From: a candidate division WOR-3 bacterium
Lineage (GTDB): Bacteria; Hydrothermota; Tepidihabitantia; Tepidihabitantales; Tepidihabitantaceae
NCBI GenBank assembly: GCA_965649295.1
Contig: CBFGKH010000005.1
Span: 96,001-160,000, forward strand
Reading direction: 5' to 3'
Length of the DNA stretch: 64,000 bases
Shown: piece after piece, positions 28,887 through 38,203 of the stretch
Numbering within the stretch: the first letter of the stretch is position 1
Layout of the letters: every line of letters begins with the position of its first letter
Program-made: the position numbers and the translations under genes
Notes under the pieces: generated by a model
Databases searched by the model: none
What the model saw: the letters and a program-made list of their open reading frames with translations, nothing else
What the model was told of the DNA's origin: nothing

Positions 28887-30040
28887 TGAGTCATCACGAG
28901 TCGCTTCAGCAGGATAGTGGCGTAGGCACCGGCTGGTAGAAACATCCCGAGAGTTAGCTTGAGTTTATCAGGATAGAGCTCGTCAGGCTCGGGCGCGGTT
29001 ACGGTTAGCTGCTGTGGTACGATACGGGCAGAACGTAGATATGGTTTGAAGTAAATGCCGTGGATACGAGTCTTGAACTTGAGGTCTGCAAGCTTCAGAC
29101 CCTGGGCCCGCAGGACTTTGGTAACGATGGCCTCGATGCGTCTATCGTTGAATTGGGTCCGGGGAGCAACGGCCGGTATCTGCAAACCGGTCAGGTAGCC
29201 ATCTTGATTTGCTGAGAGTTCTGACCAGAAGACGAGTTGGCCATGGGAATACTTTATTTCATTGGTGGCCGCGCCAAGCTGCCGCACAAGAGTCGCAAGG
29301 GTGTCATTCCAAAACCAGGCTTGGTAGGCGGCTATGAAAAGTTCAAGCATGGCGCGCGGTATCTGCGCTACCGCACCTTTGAAATCACGGGGCTTGCGGA
29401 TGAGATGTTCGATTACCGGTCGGGCTTCCCGTGGTACTATCTGAGTAATCTTGGCCCACTGTCCCCAGTTCTCGGCGATTAGTCTCTTTGTCCGCCTCAC
29501 TTTGGGCGGATCGGCAAACGATGGGGTCGCGAGGTAGAGTTTGAGAGCACCATTGAAGTGTCCGTCAATGAGCTTGCGGGCTACGAAGCCCTCGCGGTGT
29601 CTGGCTGAGCCAAGGCGCTGTTCATCGTAGTAGTTCGCGTAGCCGAATTGTTGGACAAGTGGGAGGCCGCGTAGTATCGCGTCAGCTTCCTGTTTGGTCA
29701 AATCACGGACCGTTATCAAGAACTCGTTACCCAGCAAGTCGCGCCGACTCACTGGTCGCTGGCTGCGTCCGCAGTAGTCGAGCTGGTAGTTCTTCTCGAC
29801 TATCTTCCGTGGGCCCTGACCGCGAACCGAAATGTACTGAGTTGAAAGCGAATAGCGGTCCTTCAGTCCGGCCCGACCGGTAGCCATAAGCCCGTGACGA
29901 CGTTCAAGCTCGCGAATGACGTCAAGAGTATTCCAGAGCCGCTTGCGCAGACGATAGACAGAGTGAGGTCCGGTTCTGCCCAGCGCCAGATTCAGTCGCT
30001 CGCAGACCTGGAAGTCTTCAGGGCGACACTTGATACGCAC
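28883..30040 (-). CDS. truD: tRNA pseudouridine(13) synthase TruD
   Basis: IK..PEDF-V-E, AGLKDR-S-STQ, GN-F-I, NYYD-QR, FLPAGAYAT. GTG start overlaps the upstream stop (TAGTG). Confidence 0.9.
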   Translation of the reverse strand: MRIKCRPEDFQVCERLNLALGRTGPHSVYRLRKRLWNTLDVIRELERRHGLMATGRAGLKDRYSLSTQYISVRGQGPRKIVEKNYQLDYCGRSQRPVSRRDLLGNEFLITVRDLTKQEADAILRGLPLVQQFGYANYYDEQRLGSARHREGFVARKLIDGHFNGALKLYLATPSFADPPKVRRTKRLIAENWGQWAKITQIVPREARPVIEHLIRKPRDFKGAVAQIPRAMLELFIAAYQAWFWNDTLATLVRQLGAATNEIKYSHGQLVFWSELSANQDGYLTGLQIPAVAPRTQFNDRRIEAIVTKVLRAQGLKLADLKFKTRIHGIYFKPYLRSARIVPQQLTVTAPEPDELYPDKLKLTLGMFLPAGAYATILLKRLVMTQ

Positions 30041-30321
30041 TACGTGCGTAATGTCCGGATGATTAGTAATGCACCAAGGGTTACAAAGATGATGCCGGCG
30101 CCAAGGTGCAGCCACTTCACAGGAACAAAACGTGATATCAGTCCACCCAGCAGGCAGGCGAGCAGCGAACTAGCAACAAGGGCCAGCGACGACCCAATGA
30201 AGACACTCCACACCGACTGATTGCTACAAGCAAAAGAGAACGTCGCCAACTGTGTCTTGTCGCCGAGTTCAGCAAGGAATACTGAGCCGAAGGTAACGAA
30301 CAGCAGTTTCCAGTCCATCAA
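30040..30321 (-). CDS. TMEM165/GDT1 (UPF0016) family half-transporter
   Basis: Single ELGDKTQ motif with three TM helices. Confidence 0.9.
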   Translation of the reverse strand: MMDWKLLFVTFGSVFLAELGDKTQLATFSFACSNQSVWSVFIGSSLALVASSLLACLLGGLISRFVPVKWLHLGAGIIFVTLGALLIIRTLRT

Positions 30322-31244
30322 GAGCTCCCGGTTTCTAACAACGTCGCGACCTCCAAAGCCTTGCCGAGGGGCTTGACTGTTAGGTCACGGTTTATCCGTC
30401 TCACGAGTCCAGCCAAGACTTGTCCTGGGCCGACTTCGTAAAAATAGGTGCAGCCCATTGTTTGAGCGCTGACAATCGTATCGGTCCAGCGCACAGGATT
30501 GGTCAACTGCCGACGCAACTGCTCGCGCAGTTCGGCCGCGTTTCGGGCAGGTTTGCCTGATAGATTGGGGATGACCGCAAAACGGGGTTCGTGGAACTGG
30601 AAGCGGTCTAGATAGTCGCTGAACTCGGCTGCCGATTCCTCAAGCAGCGGTGAGTGGAATGCTCCAGACACCGGGAGCATGACAGTTTTCAGCGCACCTC
30701 GTTGCTGGCATGCGGCAGCAACCTGTCTTACCGCCTCTATCTCGCCGGATACGACTATCTGCCTCGGTTCATTGTAGTTGGCTGGCACGACGATTCCTGG
30801 TGTCTCCTCACAGATTTGCTCAACTATCGCCTGGTCGAGGCCAATGATGGCCGCCATTGTTCCTGGCTTCTTTGAACCTTCGGCAAACATCAATTCACCA
30901 CGTCGCTTCACCAGTCGCAGCACTGAGTCAAAGTCAAGCACACCAGCAGCATACAGAGCGGTGTACTCGCCGAGGCTGTGGCCGGCGACACAGAGCGGTT
31001 CGAGATTGGGTAGCAATGCCAGGACTGCTAGCGAGTGAGTGAGAATGGCTGGCTGGGTGTAACGTGTTTGCCGAAGTTCGTCTTCGGGTCCTTCAAACGA
31101 CAGGCGGCGAATGTCAATCTCAATAATGTCTGTCGCCCGATCGTAAACATCACGGGCAGCCGGGTAGCGTTCATACAGGTCAGCGCCCATGCCGACAGTC
31201 TGCGAGCCTTGTCCAGGGAATAACAGACCGAAGTTCGTGTTCAT
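30318..31244 (-). CDS. fabD: Malonyl-CoA:ACP transacylase
   Basis: FPGQGSQ, GHSLGE, VSGAFHS. Confidence 0.95.
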   Translation of the reverse strand: MNTNFGLLFPGQGSQTVGMGADLYERYPAARDVYDRATDIIEIDIRRLSFEGPEDELRQTRYTQPAILTHSLAVLALLPNLEPLCVAGHSLGEYTALYAAGVLDFDSVLRLVKRRGELMFAEGSKKPGTMAAIIGLDQAIVEQICEETPGIVVPANYNEPRQIVVSGEIEAVRQVAAACQQRGALKTVMLPVSGAFHSPLLEESAAEFSDYLDRFQFHEPRFAVIPNLSGKPARNAAELREQLRRQLTNPVRWTDTIVSAQTMGCTYFYEVGPGQVLAGLVRRINRDLTVKPLGKALEVATLLETGSS

Positions 31245-31361
31245 AGTTCACTCCAGTTTGTTGGGGGCCATCGCCATCCGGCAATCTTACGAGCTACCCT
31301 CGATGCGGTCAAGCTGACCGGATTGACTATGCGGCGACGAGAGGTATCATCTAATCACCCG

Positions 31362-31859
31362 ATGACAAGACTACTGATTTTGATTGTATTGACGTTAGCC
31401 GTTGCTGTTGGTGCCAGCACCGGGTTCTTGACAATCACAGTCGATTCGATGCCAGCGCAGGTTTATGTTGACGCAACTACGGTGTTTCTTGCCGACGGAC
31501 CTAGGGTTATCGAGGCTGAGCCGGGCAAGCACTTCGTGTCGCTGTTCCCGCCAAGCAAGGTGTATCGGGCAGCTAAGGAACAAGCTCCTGACCATTTCTG
31601 GAGCCGATTGCGTCAAGCCGGTGCAATTGGCGATGAGTATGGCCTGTTAGCGAGTTACGAGGCCGGCGCGGTTAGGGCTGGGACCGATTGGGTTTATGTT
31701 GTCCCGGATGAAACGCTGACGGTCGCGCTCTCCCGAGCGGCTGTCGCTAGAACCTATCGCCAGGATTCAGGCTGCGTGGCGCGAACCTTTGTTGGCTGGG
31801 CAGCATTGATTGGTGTCGCGATGGTTCTGAGCGTGGTGCTGGCCGCCGTAACTCCCTGA
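31362..31859 (+). CDS. Membrane-anchored hypothetical protein (PEGA-like)
   Basis: Signal peptide, G-LTITVDS-PAQVYVD, C-terminal TM. Confidence 0.6.
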   Translation: MTRLLILIVLTLAVAVGASTGFLTITVDSMPAQVYVDATTVFLADGPRVIEAEPGKHFVSLFPPSKVYRAAKEQAPDHFWSRLRQAGAIGDEYGLLASYEAGAVRAGTDWVYVVPDETLTVALSRAAVARTYRQDSGCVARTFVGWAALIGVAMVLSVVLAAVTP

Positions 31860-31880
31860 GGCCCGCGTGAGATTCCAGAA

Positions 31881-33488
31881 TCAGGGCAGTCTCACAACCC
31901 GCACTCTGCTACCCATGCCATTGCCGGAGTCCTCAAGGACGAAGTAAACACCAGCGCCAAGATAGCGGCCGTCTAGTCCCAATCCGTACCACGACGTGGG
32001 AGCGCAGCCGGCCCAGACCATGCGGCCGCTGGCATCAACTATCTGGAATCGTCTTGAGCTTGTTGATGCAATCTTGACTCGTTCACCTGCTCGACAGACG
32101 GTTGGCGTGACTGTCAGGTGGTCTTGTGTAGTTTGTTTGGCGTCAGCGATACCGGTAAACCCAATGGGCACGGTGATATCGTAAGGGTAGAGGTTCTTGC
32201 CGGTGATTACGAGGCGTAGCCTGCCGGTATCGGATGGGTTGATGGCTAGACTAACTGCGCCCTGCGAGTTTGTGTAGCCGTATGCATAGACTGACGAGTC
32301 CTTGCTTGCGCAGACAAGCGCACCCTGGACAGGAACTGTTCCCCGCATCACAGTCACGGGGAATGTCTGCGGGCCAGGAGCAATGCTGGCGGGGTGAGTG
32401 ACAGTCGGCAGGTAAGGGGTTGCAGTCCAGATGCCAAGGTCAGGGTCACCGAGAAGATTGAAGCCGCGATAGTCGCTGACATAGCTTGGATACTCAAGAC
32501 GGAGTTGTTGTTTGGCACGCAGGCACGTCCAGCCCAGCTTGTAGATACCGTCAAGAAACAGTCCATCGAAGAAGCCACGACAGACTGCTCCACGGACTGG
32601 CGCCACGTCTGATGCTGAGTGGGTGTTACCGAAGAAGGCAACCGCACCACGGGGAATCGTGGCGGTGCCAGTGCGCATCCACGAGTCGCCGAGCATCTGT
32701 TCACCAGGTGTCAGCGTCATCGTCGCGCAGGTAATTGAGAGCACGATCGGCAGCTTATTCGGTGTGGTGACGAGCGATGGTCGGACGCTGAATGGTGAGT
32801 ACCATGTACCGGTTGCGGTTCCGCGATAGAGAACTAGGCCTGTACCATTGTTTACAGACGTGATGATGTCCATCGCATCATCACCGCGGGCTGCCGACAG
32901 CGAGTCACAACGGACAAAACCAGCGGCGGCGGCCTGTTGTGCAGCTCGACGGACATTGCCCCAGTAAATGGTGTCATCAGAGTCGCCAGTCTCGCGCACA
33001 ATCGTGGTGAGGCGGCGCATCCAGAGACTGTCAGTCAGGTCTGGCGTTTTCTCGTAAGCAAGGGTCTTTGCCACCATCGCATCGAGCTGGGCGGTTGTGT
33101 AGGCAGGCAGTCGGCCAACAGCCAGCTCCGCAACAGTGTCGCCATTGACATCGCCGTAGATGTTGTCAGAGCTGACATAGACCGATCCATGACTCGTGTA
33201 CTGACGAGCAGGAAGCAGACTCTGGGAGCCAACCAAGAGAACGCATTCCGGCCTTATCGTCCAGGTATAGTATGCGTTCCTGATGTAATTCTTAATAGCA
33301 GTCGTATCGTTACCAATCTCGGAAAGTCGAGTGACGACGCATTTCATGCCAGTTGCGTGTTTCCATTGCGCCAGCGGTAGAATCGAATTGTAGAAGGCGT
33401 CGGGCGTGATGATTAGATACCGTCCCCCAGTTTGTGCCAGTGCAGTCAAAACGAAAACAGTCGCAAGCAGGGATACTCGCTTCACCAA
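31881..33488 (-). CDS. Peptidase C25 (gingipain-like) protein with Ig domain and T9SS/FlgD-like CTD
   Basis: YLIITP, LAQWK..G, VLLVG, SDNIYGD, ELAVGRLP, SITC, NLLGDP. Confidence 0.85.
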   Translation of the reverse strand: MVKRVSLLATVFVLTALAQTGGRYLIITPDAFYNSILPLAQWKHATGMKCVVTRLSEIGNDTTAIKNYIRNAYYTWTIRPECVLLVGSQSLLPARQYTSHGSVYVSSDNIYGDVNGDTVAELAVGRLPAYTTAQLDAMVAKTLAYEKTPDLTDSLWMRRLTTIVRETGDSDDTIYWGNVRRAAQQAAAAGFVRCDSLSAARGDDAMDIITSVNNGTGLVLYRGTATGTWYSPFSVRPSLVTTPNKLPIVLSITCATMTLTPGEQMLGDSWMRTGTATIPRGAVAFFGNTHSASDVAPVRGAVCRGFFDGLFLDGIYKLGWTCLRAKQQLRLEYPSYVSDYRGFNLLGDPDLGIWTATPYLPTVTHPASIAPGPQTFPVTVMRGTVPVQGALVCASKDSSVYAYGYTNSQGAVSLAINPSDTGRLRLVITGKNLYPYDITVPIGFTGIADAKQTTQDHLTVTPTVCRAGERVKIASTSSRRFQIVDASGRMVWAGCAPTSWYGLGLDGRYLGAGVYFVLEDSGNGMGSRVRVVRLP

Positions 33489-33662
33489 TAGCTCCTTGGA
33501 ATAGTCAACTCAGCGGACATAGTACCAAAGGCTGACGCTGTGCTTCGAATGTTCGGTAATATTCTAGTGGTGAGCGGTTCTTTCTGTCAAGCTAGCGAAT
33601 GGGCTGATTGCGACCGTTTGGGCTTGACAGCGAGCAGACCAGCCGTATCTTGGCGGGCCAGC

Positions 33663-34574
33663 ATGAAGTACCTGCATCATGGTAGCACCGGTGGCAATCT
33701 TGCGCGAAAAAGGCGGATTGGGGTGATAGGTGTCGGTCGGGTTGGCAGTGCGTTGGCGTGGCACTGCCGCCGGCTCAAGTGTAAAGTTGTGGGAATCGCT
33801 GACAGTTCCAAGGTGAGTCTGCGCTCGGCGCGTCGGCTGCTTGGCCCTGGTGTGCATTCTGTTGAGCCTCGTGAGCTTGCTGCTACCAGTGATGTCCTCT
33901 TCATCACTACCACGGATCGGGCAATCAGCACGGTGTATCGGTATATCGCCAATGAGCTTCGTCCTGGCACCATTGTTGCGCATTGCTCAGGAGCGATTGG
34001 GCCAGAAATCTTTGACGATGCTTTGGAACGTCGGCTTGGTACTCTGGCGCTTCATCCTTTGCGAGTAATGGCCAGCACTGATCAGGCTGTTAGTAATCTC
34101 CCTGGTTCATTCTTTGTGCTTGCGGGCTCACGTGCCGGAGTCAGTTTCGGGCGTAGCTTCGTTCGAGCCCTTGGTGGCGAAGTACTACGGCTGAGAGCCG
34201 ATTGTCGGCCACTGTACCATGCGATGTGCGTGTTCGCTTCGAACTTTCTGTTGGCCGGGCTTGTTGGGGCCGAGGTCATCAGTAAGCGGCTTGGTATTGC
34301 TCGTCAGACTGCGCAACCGGCATTGTTGAAGCTGGCAGTTTCGGCGCTAACAGCCGTTTCAGAACTAGGTCTCCAGAAATCATTGACCGGGCCAATTGCC
34401 CGTGGCGATGTCGAGACTGTAGAAGCGAATCTTGCCGCCTTGCAGAGCCATTTGCCAGAGCTTGTTCAGCCCTACCGTGAGTTCTCACGGTTGTTGCTCG
34501 AATATGTCAGGAGACGACGTCTGCCAGACTCGACGTTAGGGAAACTGCGTGCTACACTGGGTGCTAATGAATAG
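33663..34574 (+). CDS. Rossmann-fold + DUF2520 oxidoreductase (PanG-like)
   Basis: IGVGRVG, HCSGA, LHP, YHA...ASN, LTGPIARGD. Confidence 0.85.
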   Translation: MKYLHHGSTGGNLARKRRIGVIGVGRVGSALAWHCRRLKCKVVGIADSSKVSLRSARRLLGPGVHSVEPRELAATSDVLFITTTDRAISTVYRYIANELRPGTIVAHCSGAIGPEIFDDALERRLGTLALHPLRVMASTDQAVSNLPGSFFVLAGSRAGVSFGRSFVRALGGEVLRLRADCRPLYHAMCVFASNFLLAGLVGAEVISKRLGIARQTAQPALLKLAVSALTAVSELGLQKSLTGPIARGDVETVEANLAALQSHLPELVQPYREFSRLLLEYVRRRRLPDSTLGKLRATLGANE

Positions 34575-35565
34575 CCGTCTCGCTCTGATGGCAATTTGGG
34601 CACTAGCCTGCATTTGCGCTGGCTGTGCCAAGAAGATGCTACCGCCGAGTCCGGACCGGTTTGCGCCGCACCTCATCGGGGTTGAAAGTCGGACGCGCGG
34701 ACTTGTTGAGCTGCAATTCGATGAGGAGGTGGATGTAAGGCGCGTTATGCCGGACAGCGTGCTCATACGCGATGCCAACGGCGGGCTAGTCGTTCCGAAG
34801 CGGGTCGCTACTGGTCGCAGTCGTGACCGACTCACTATCTGGGCACCACTGGTCCCAGGCTCGCTCTACGCATTGAGCTTGGCTGTTCCGGATCGATTCG
34901 GCAACTGGGCACGGGTGAAGACGCGTTTTGTTGCTGCAACCCGGTCAGATAGCGTTGCTCCGCGGGTCGTACGGGTAACGCCTTCGCCAGGAACCGGTGG
35001 CTTTCGGTTTGGTGCCCAGATTCGGGTGAGTTTTAGCGAGGCGCTGGACACCACCGGTGCCCGCGCCCGGCTGCTCGTCATGCCTAGGGAGCGGGAGTCG
35101 CTTTTTGATCTAAGCTGGGAGGCCGATTGGCAGACATTGCGCATTAGCGCTCAGGATTCGCTTGCTGGAACATCGCCCATTTATGTATTACTACTGCCTG
35201 GTCTTGCTGACTTGGCTGGCAACCGAACTCGCGCTGCTGCATTCACCTACCTCAGCCCGGACTCGGTGTTCACTGGGCCGATAGTCAAGGGCCGAGCAAT
35301 CTGGCGCAACGCCGGGCTTGGAACTGGCGTGGTCCTATTTGAACATGACTCATCTCCTGGGCTAGCTCCGATCCTGGCTGATGGTTCGTTCCGGACGCAG
35401 TTGCTGCCCGGTTGGTACGACGCGGTGGCAGTCGTTGACACCAATCTCGATGGGCTAGCTGACTTGAGCGGGATCAGCCGCAGGTTCAGCACCAACCAGG
35501 AGAGTCTTAGTATCGCACTGGAATCTGTTCCTTCTCCAAGGCCACTTGGTAGCTATCGTCGCTAG
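34567..35565 (+). CDS. Ig-like (Big_5/SbsA-type) domain lipoprotein
   Basis: Lipobox CAGC, PP..DRFAP, two FDE/FSE Ig repeats. Confidence 0.75.
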   Translation: MNSRLALMAIWALACICAGCAKKMLPPSPDRFAPHLIGVESRTRGLVELQFDEEVDVRRVMPDSVLIRDANGGLVVPKRVATGRSRDRLTIWAPLVPGSLYALSLAVPDRFGNWARVKTRFVAATRSDSVAPRVVRVTPSPGTGGFRFGAQIRVSFSEALDTTGARARLLVMPRERESLFDLSWEADWQTLRISAQDSLAGTSPIYVLLLPGLADLAGNRTRAAAFTYLSPDSVFTGPIVKGRAIWRNAGLGTGVVLFEHDSSPGLAPILADGSFRTQLLPGWYDAVAVVDTNLDGLADLSGISRRFSTNQESLSIALESVPSPRPLGSYRR

Positions 35566-37498
35566 CGCGGTACTGGCACTGCTGTCAGTCGTTGTCTACC
35601 GGCACCTGCTTGGGTCCGGTGTCGGGCGTCTGCTGTTGCTGCTGCGGCTCCTGACAGTCGGTGGCCTTGGGCTAGTCTTGGGCGGAATGGTGCTCGACTG
35701 GACCCGGGTTGAGCGCAGTCGGCACATCGCCTTTCTCGTTGACCGTTCCGCGAGCATTACCGCGATTGGTGCCGAGTCAGTAGCAAGTTCACTGGCTGAG
35801 TCAGTACTGGTGCCGTCGGGATTCCGACGAGATATCTGGGTGTTTGCTGACAGCACGCTGCCGGTAGCTGCCCGGACTGAGCCTGGTGCTGGCCGGACAA
35901 GGTTCGGGCGTGCTCTACGGCGTGTGCTTGCCACACGACCAGCTGCCGTCGTTCTTATCAGCGACGGGCAGGATAATGATGACGAGCCGCTGGTAACAAC
36001 AAATCTGACAGCACCTGTTTACACGATTGGTTTGGGTCCCCCACAGGCTACCAATCTAGCAATTGATGAAATAATAGCTCCGGCAACAGCTAGTGTTGGC
36101 GACAGTATCCGCGTCGCGGTCAGGTTCAGAGCAACAACTGACCAGCCACGGCGTGTTGCCGTTCGACTGGGCAGTGAGGTGCGTCAGGCTGAGCTGGGTT
36201 CTGGCACAGCCGACTATGAGCTACCCTTTGTTGTTAGGGCCACGAGCGCCGGTATTCTGACGCTGGTGGCGACAATCGAGAGTGTCCCTGGTGAAGTCAC
36301 CTACCACGACAACATTGGTTCGACAGCGACTAGGGTTGCGGTAGCGCGTGTTCGTGTAGCCTATAACGCGGGCAGACCTGGCCCGAGCAGCCGAATGATA
36401 CTTGCTGCCTTACGGGCAGATGAACGTGTATCGTTGCGGCGAACCTCCTTGTTGACTGAGACTGATGTAGAGAGTGCCGACGTCTTCATTCTCGATGAGC
36501 CGACTAACAACACTCCGACGAGCAAAGTGACTGCGGCAATCAGGCGTCGTGTCTATGGCGGAGCCGGTCTGATGCTCATCACCGGGCCGGGTATGCAGTT
36601 CGATACCGAACTCGAGTCGTTGCTCGGGGCCAGGCCTGGGACAGTTGAACGGCGATCGACCCCTGTTGAGGCAACTGCAGTGGGCCGGATGCTCTCCTGG
36701 TTGCCCGATCCTACTACTCTCGCACCATTCACAATTGTCATGCCGCTGCGGACGACGAGACCGGGTAGCGAAACATGGCTTGCTGCTGTCGGTTCTGGTC
36801 AGGCCTTGCTACAGGCACACTCTTATGGACGGGGCAGAGTTGTCTATTGTGCGGGTTATCCACTTTGGCGATGGGGATTTGCCGATGGCAGTAGTGGCGT
36901 TGTCAGCCCACTAGCCAGTTTACTCAGCGGTATTATTCGCTACCTAGCCCAGGGCAGTGGCGCTCGGTTTGAGCTAGCTCCGGTCCGATCGCTCTACCAT
37001 GCCGGTGAGCCGGTCGTACTCACGTTTCGGGCTCTGGCCGTGGATGGTTCCGGGCTGGAGCGTCTTGATGTTCGACTGCGCTACTGGCGTCAGGATGCGG
37101 CGAACGAGACCCTTGCCACTGTCCTGACCGAGATAGGGGCGGGCAGCTATCTTGCCCGGCTGACTGCTCTGGCACCAGGCCGATATCAGGCAACCGCGGT
37201 GGCAAGAGCACCGGATTCGATAGTCGGGCAGGCGAGCACGGAGTTTGTCGTCTTGGAACAAAGCCTGGAGTTGAGCCGATTGGGACGCAACCGTTCGCTT
37301 TTGGTCAAAATCGCGACCGCGAGCGGCGGCCAGTACTGGCCGAGCGAAAGCCTGCCTGCCAGTGAGGTCTTTATCAAGCCCCTGCCGCGGCAACGGCGTG
37401 TTGTGTTTGACTTTCGGCGGCTGCCTTTGGTTTTTGTTACGATAGCTCTGCTTGCAATCGGGGAGTGGTTACTCCGTCGGCGACAAGGATTGCTATGA
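35546..37498 (+). CDS. vWA-domain membrane protein with glutamine-amidotransferase-like domain
   Basis: N-terminal TMs, VDRSAS (MIDAS), LISDG, WRW, C-terminal EWLLRRRQGLL. Confidence 0.75.
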   Translation: MVAIVASAVLALLSVVVYRHLLGSGVGRLLLLLRLLTVGGLGLVLGGMVLDWTRVERSRHIAFLVDRSASITAIGAESVASSLAESVLVPSGFRRDIWVFADSTLPVAARTEPGAGRTRFGRALRRVLATRPAAVVLISDGQDNDDEPLVTTNLTAPVYTIGLGPPQATNLAIDEIIAPATASVGDSIRVAVRFRATTDQPRRVAVRLGSEVRQAELGSGTADYELPFVVRATSAGILTLVATIESVPGEVTYHDNIGSTATRVAVARVRVAYNAGRPGPSSRMILAALRADERVSLRRTSLLTETDVESADVFILDEPTNNTPTSKVTAAIRRRVYGGAGLMLITGPGMQFDTELESLLGARPGTVERRSTPVEATAVGRMLSWLPDPTTLAPFTIVMPLRTTRPGSETWLAAVGSGQALLQAHSYGRGRVVYCAGYPLWRWGFADGSSGVVSPLASLLSGIIRYLAQGSGARFELAPVRSLYHAGEPVVLTFRALAVDGSGLERLDVRLRYWRQDAANETLATVLTEIGAGSYLARLTALAPGRYQATAVARAPDSIVGQASTEFVVLEQSLELSRLGRNRSLLVKIATASGGQYWPSESLPASEVFIKPLPRQRRVVFDFRRLPLVFVTIALLAIGEWLLRRRQGLL

Positions 37499-38130
37499 AG
37501 AAAGCGATTCTCATCGCGTTGCTACTGCTGGCTTTTGTGACCACTGTTGTCGGTTCGACCGGCGAACGAATAGCGGTTGGTTTGGAACAGCTAGGGCTGA
37601 GTCGCGAGCTGGTTGTCCTGGTTATCGCCATGCTACCAATAGTCGAACTTCGTGGTGCTTTACCGGTCGGTATCAATCTATTTGGACTCGGGCTGGCACG
37701 AACGCTGATACTAGCGATTGTTGGTAACATGCTGCCGATATTTCTGGTCGTGCTGCTGCTCGAGCGAATCACCAGTTGGCTCGGACGATTCCGACTCTTC
37801 CGTCGCTTCTTCGACTGGTTATTTGCGCGCACCCGCAGCAAGAGCGGAATGATCGCCCGCTACGAGTTCTGGGGCCTGGTGATCTTCGTGGGTATTCCCT
37901 TGCCCGGTACCGGTGCCTGGACCGGTTCGATTGCTGCGGCGTTGCTGGGAATGCCCTACTGGCGGTCGCTGCTTGCTATTTTCATCGGTGTGCTGCTGGC
38001 GGCAGTGCTCGTTACGGCACTTTGTCTGCTTGGCTGGTGGGGAGCATTGGTGGCGGGCCTAGTGTTTGCTGGATTGGCGATTCGGGGCCTTTTGGTCGGG
38101 CGCCGGCGGCAGACTCCAAGTAAGACGTAA
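37495..38130 (+). CDS. Small multidrug export family membrane protein (COG2426-like)
   Basis: MLPIVELRGALP, FVGIPLPGTGAWTG. Confidence 0.85.
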   Translation: MKKAILIALLLLAFVTTVVGSTGERIAVGLEQLGLSRELVVLVIAMLPIVELRGALPVGINLFGLGLARTLILAIVGNMLPIFLVVLLLERITSWLGRFRLFRRFFDWLFARTRSKSGMIARYEFWGLVIFVGIPLPGTGAWTGSIAAALLGMPYWRSLLAIFIGVLLAAVLVTALCLLGWWGALVAGLVFAGLAIRGLLVGRRRQTPSKT

Positions 38131-38203
38131 GACGTCGAGTTGACTTGCCTTTGGCTTCTAGTATGATTCGCACCAGTTTCCCAGTGCATTTCAGGAGGAT
38201 TCG

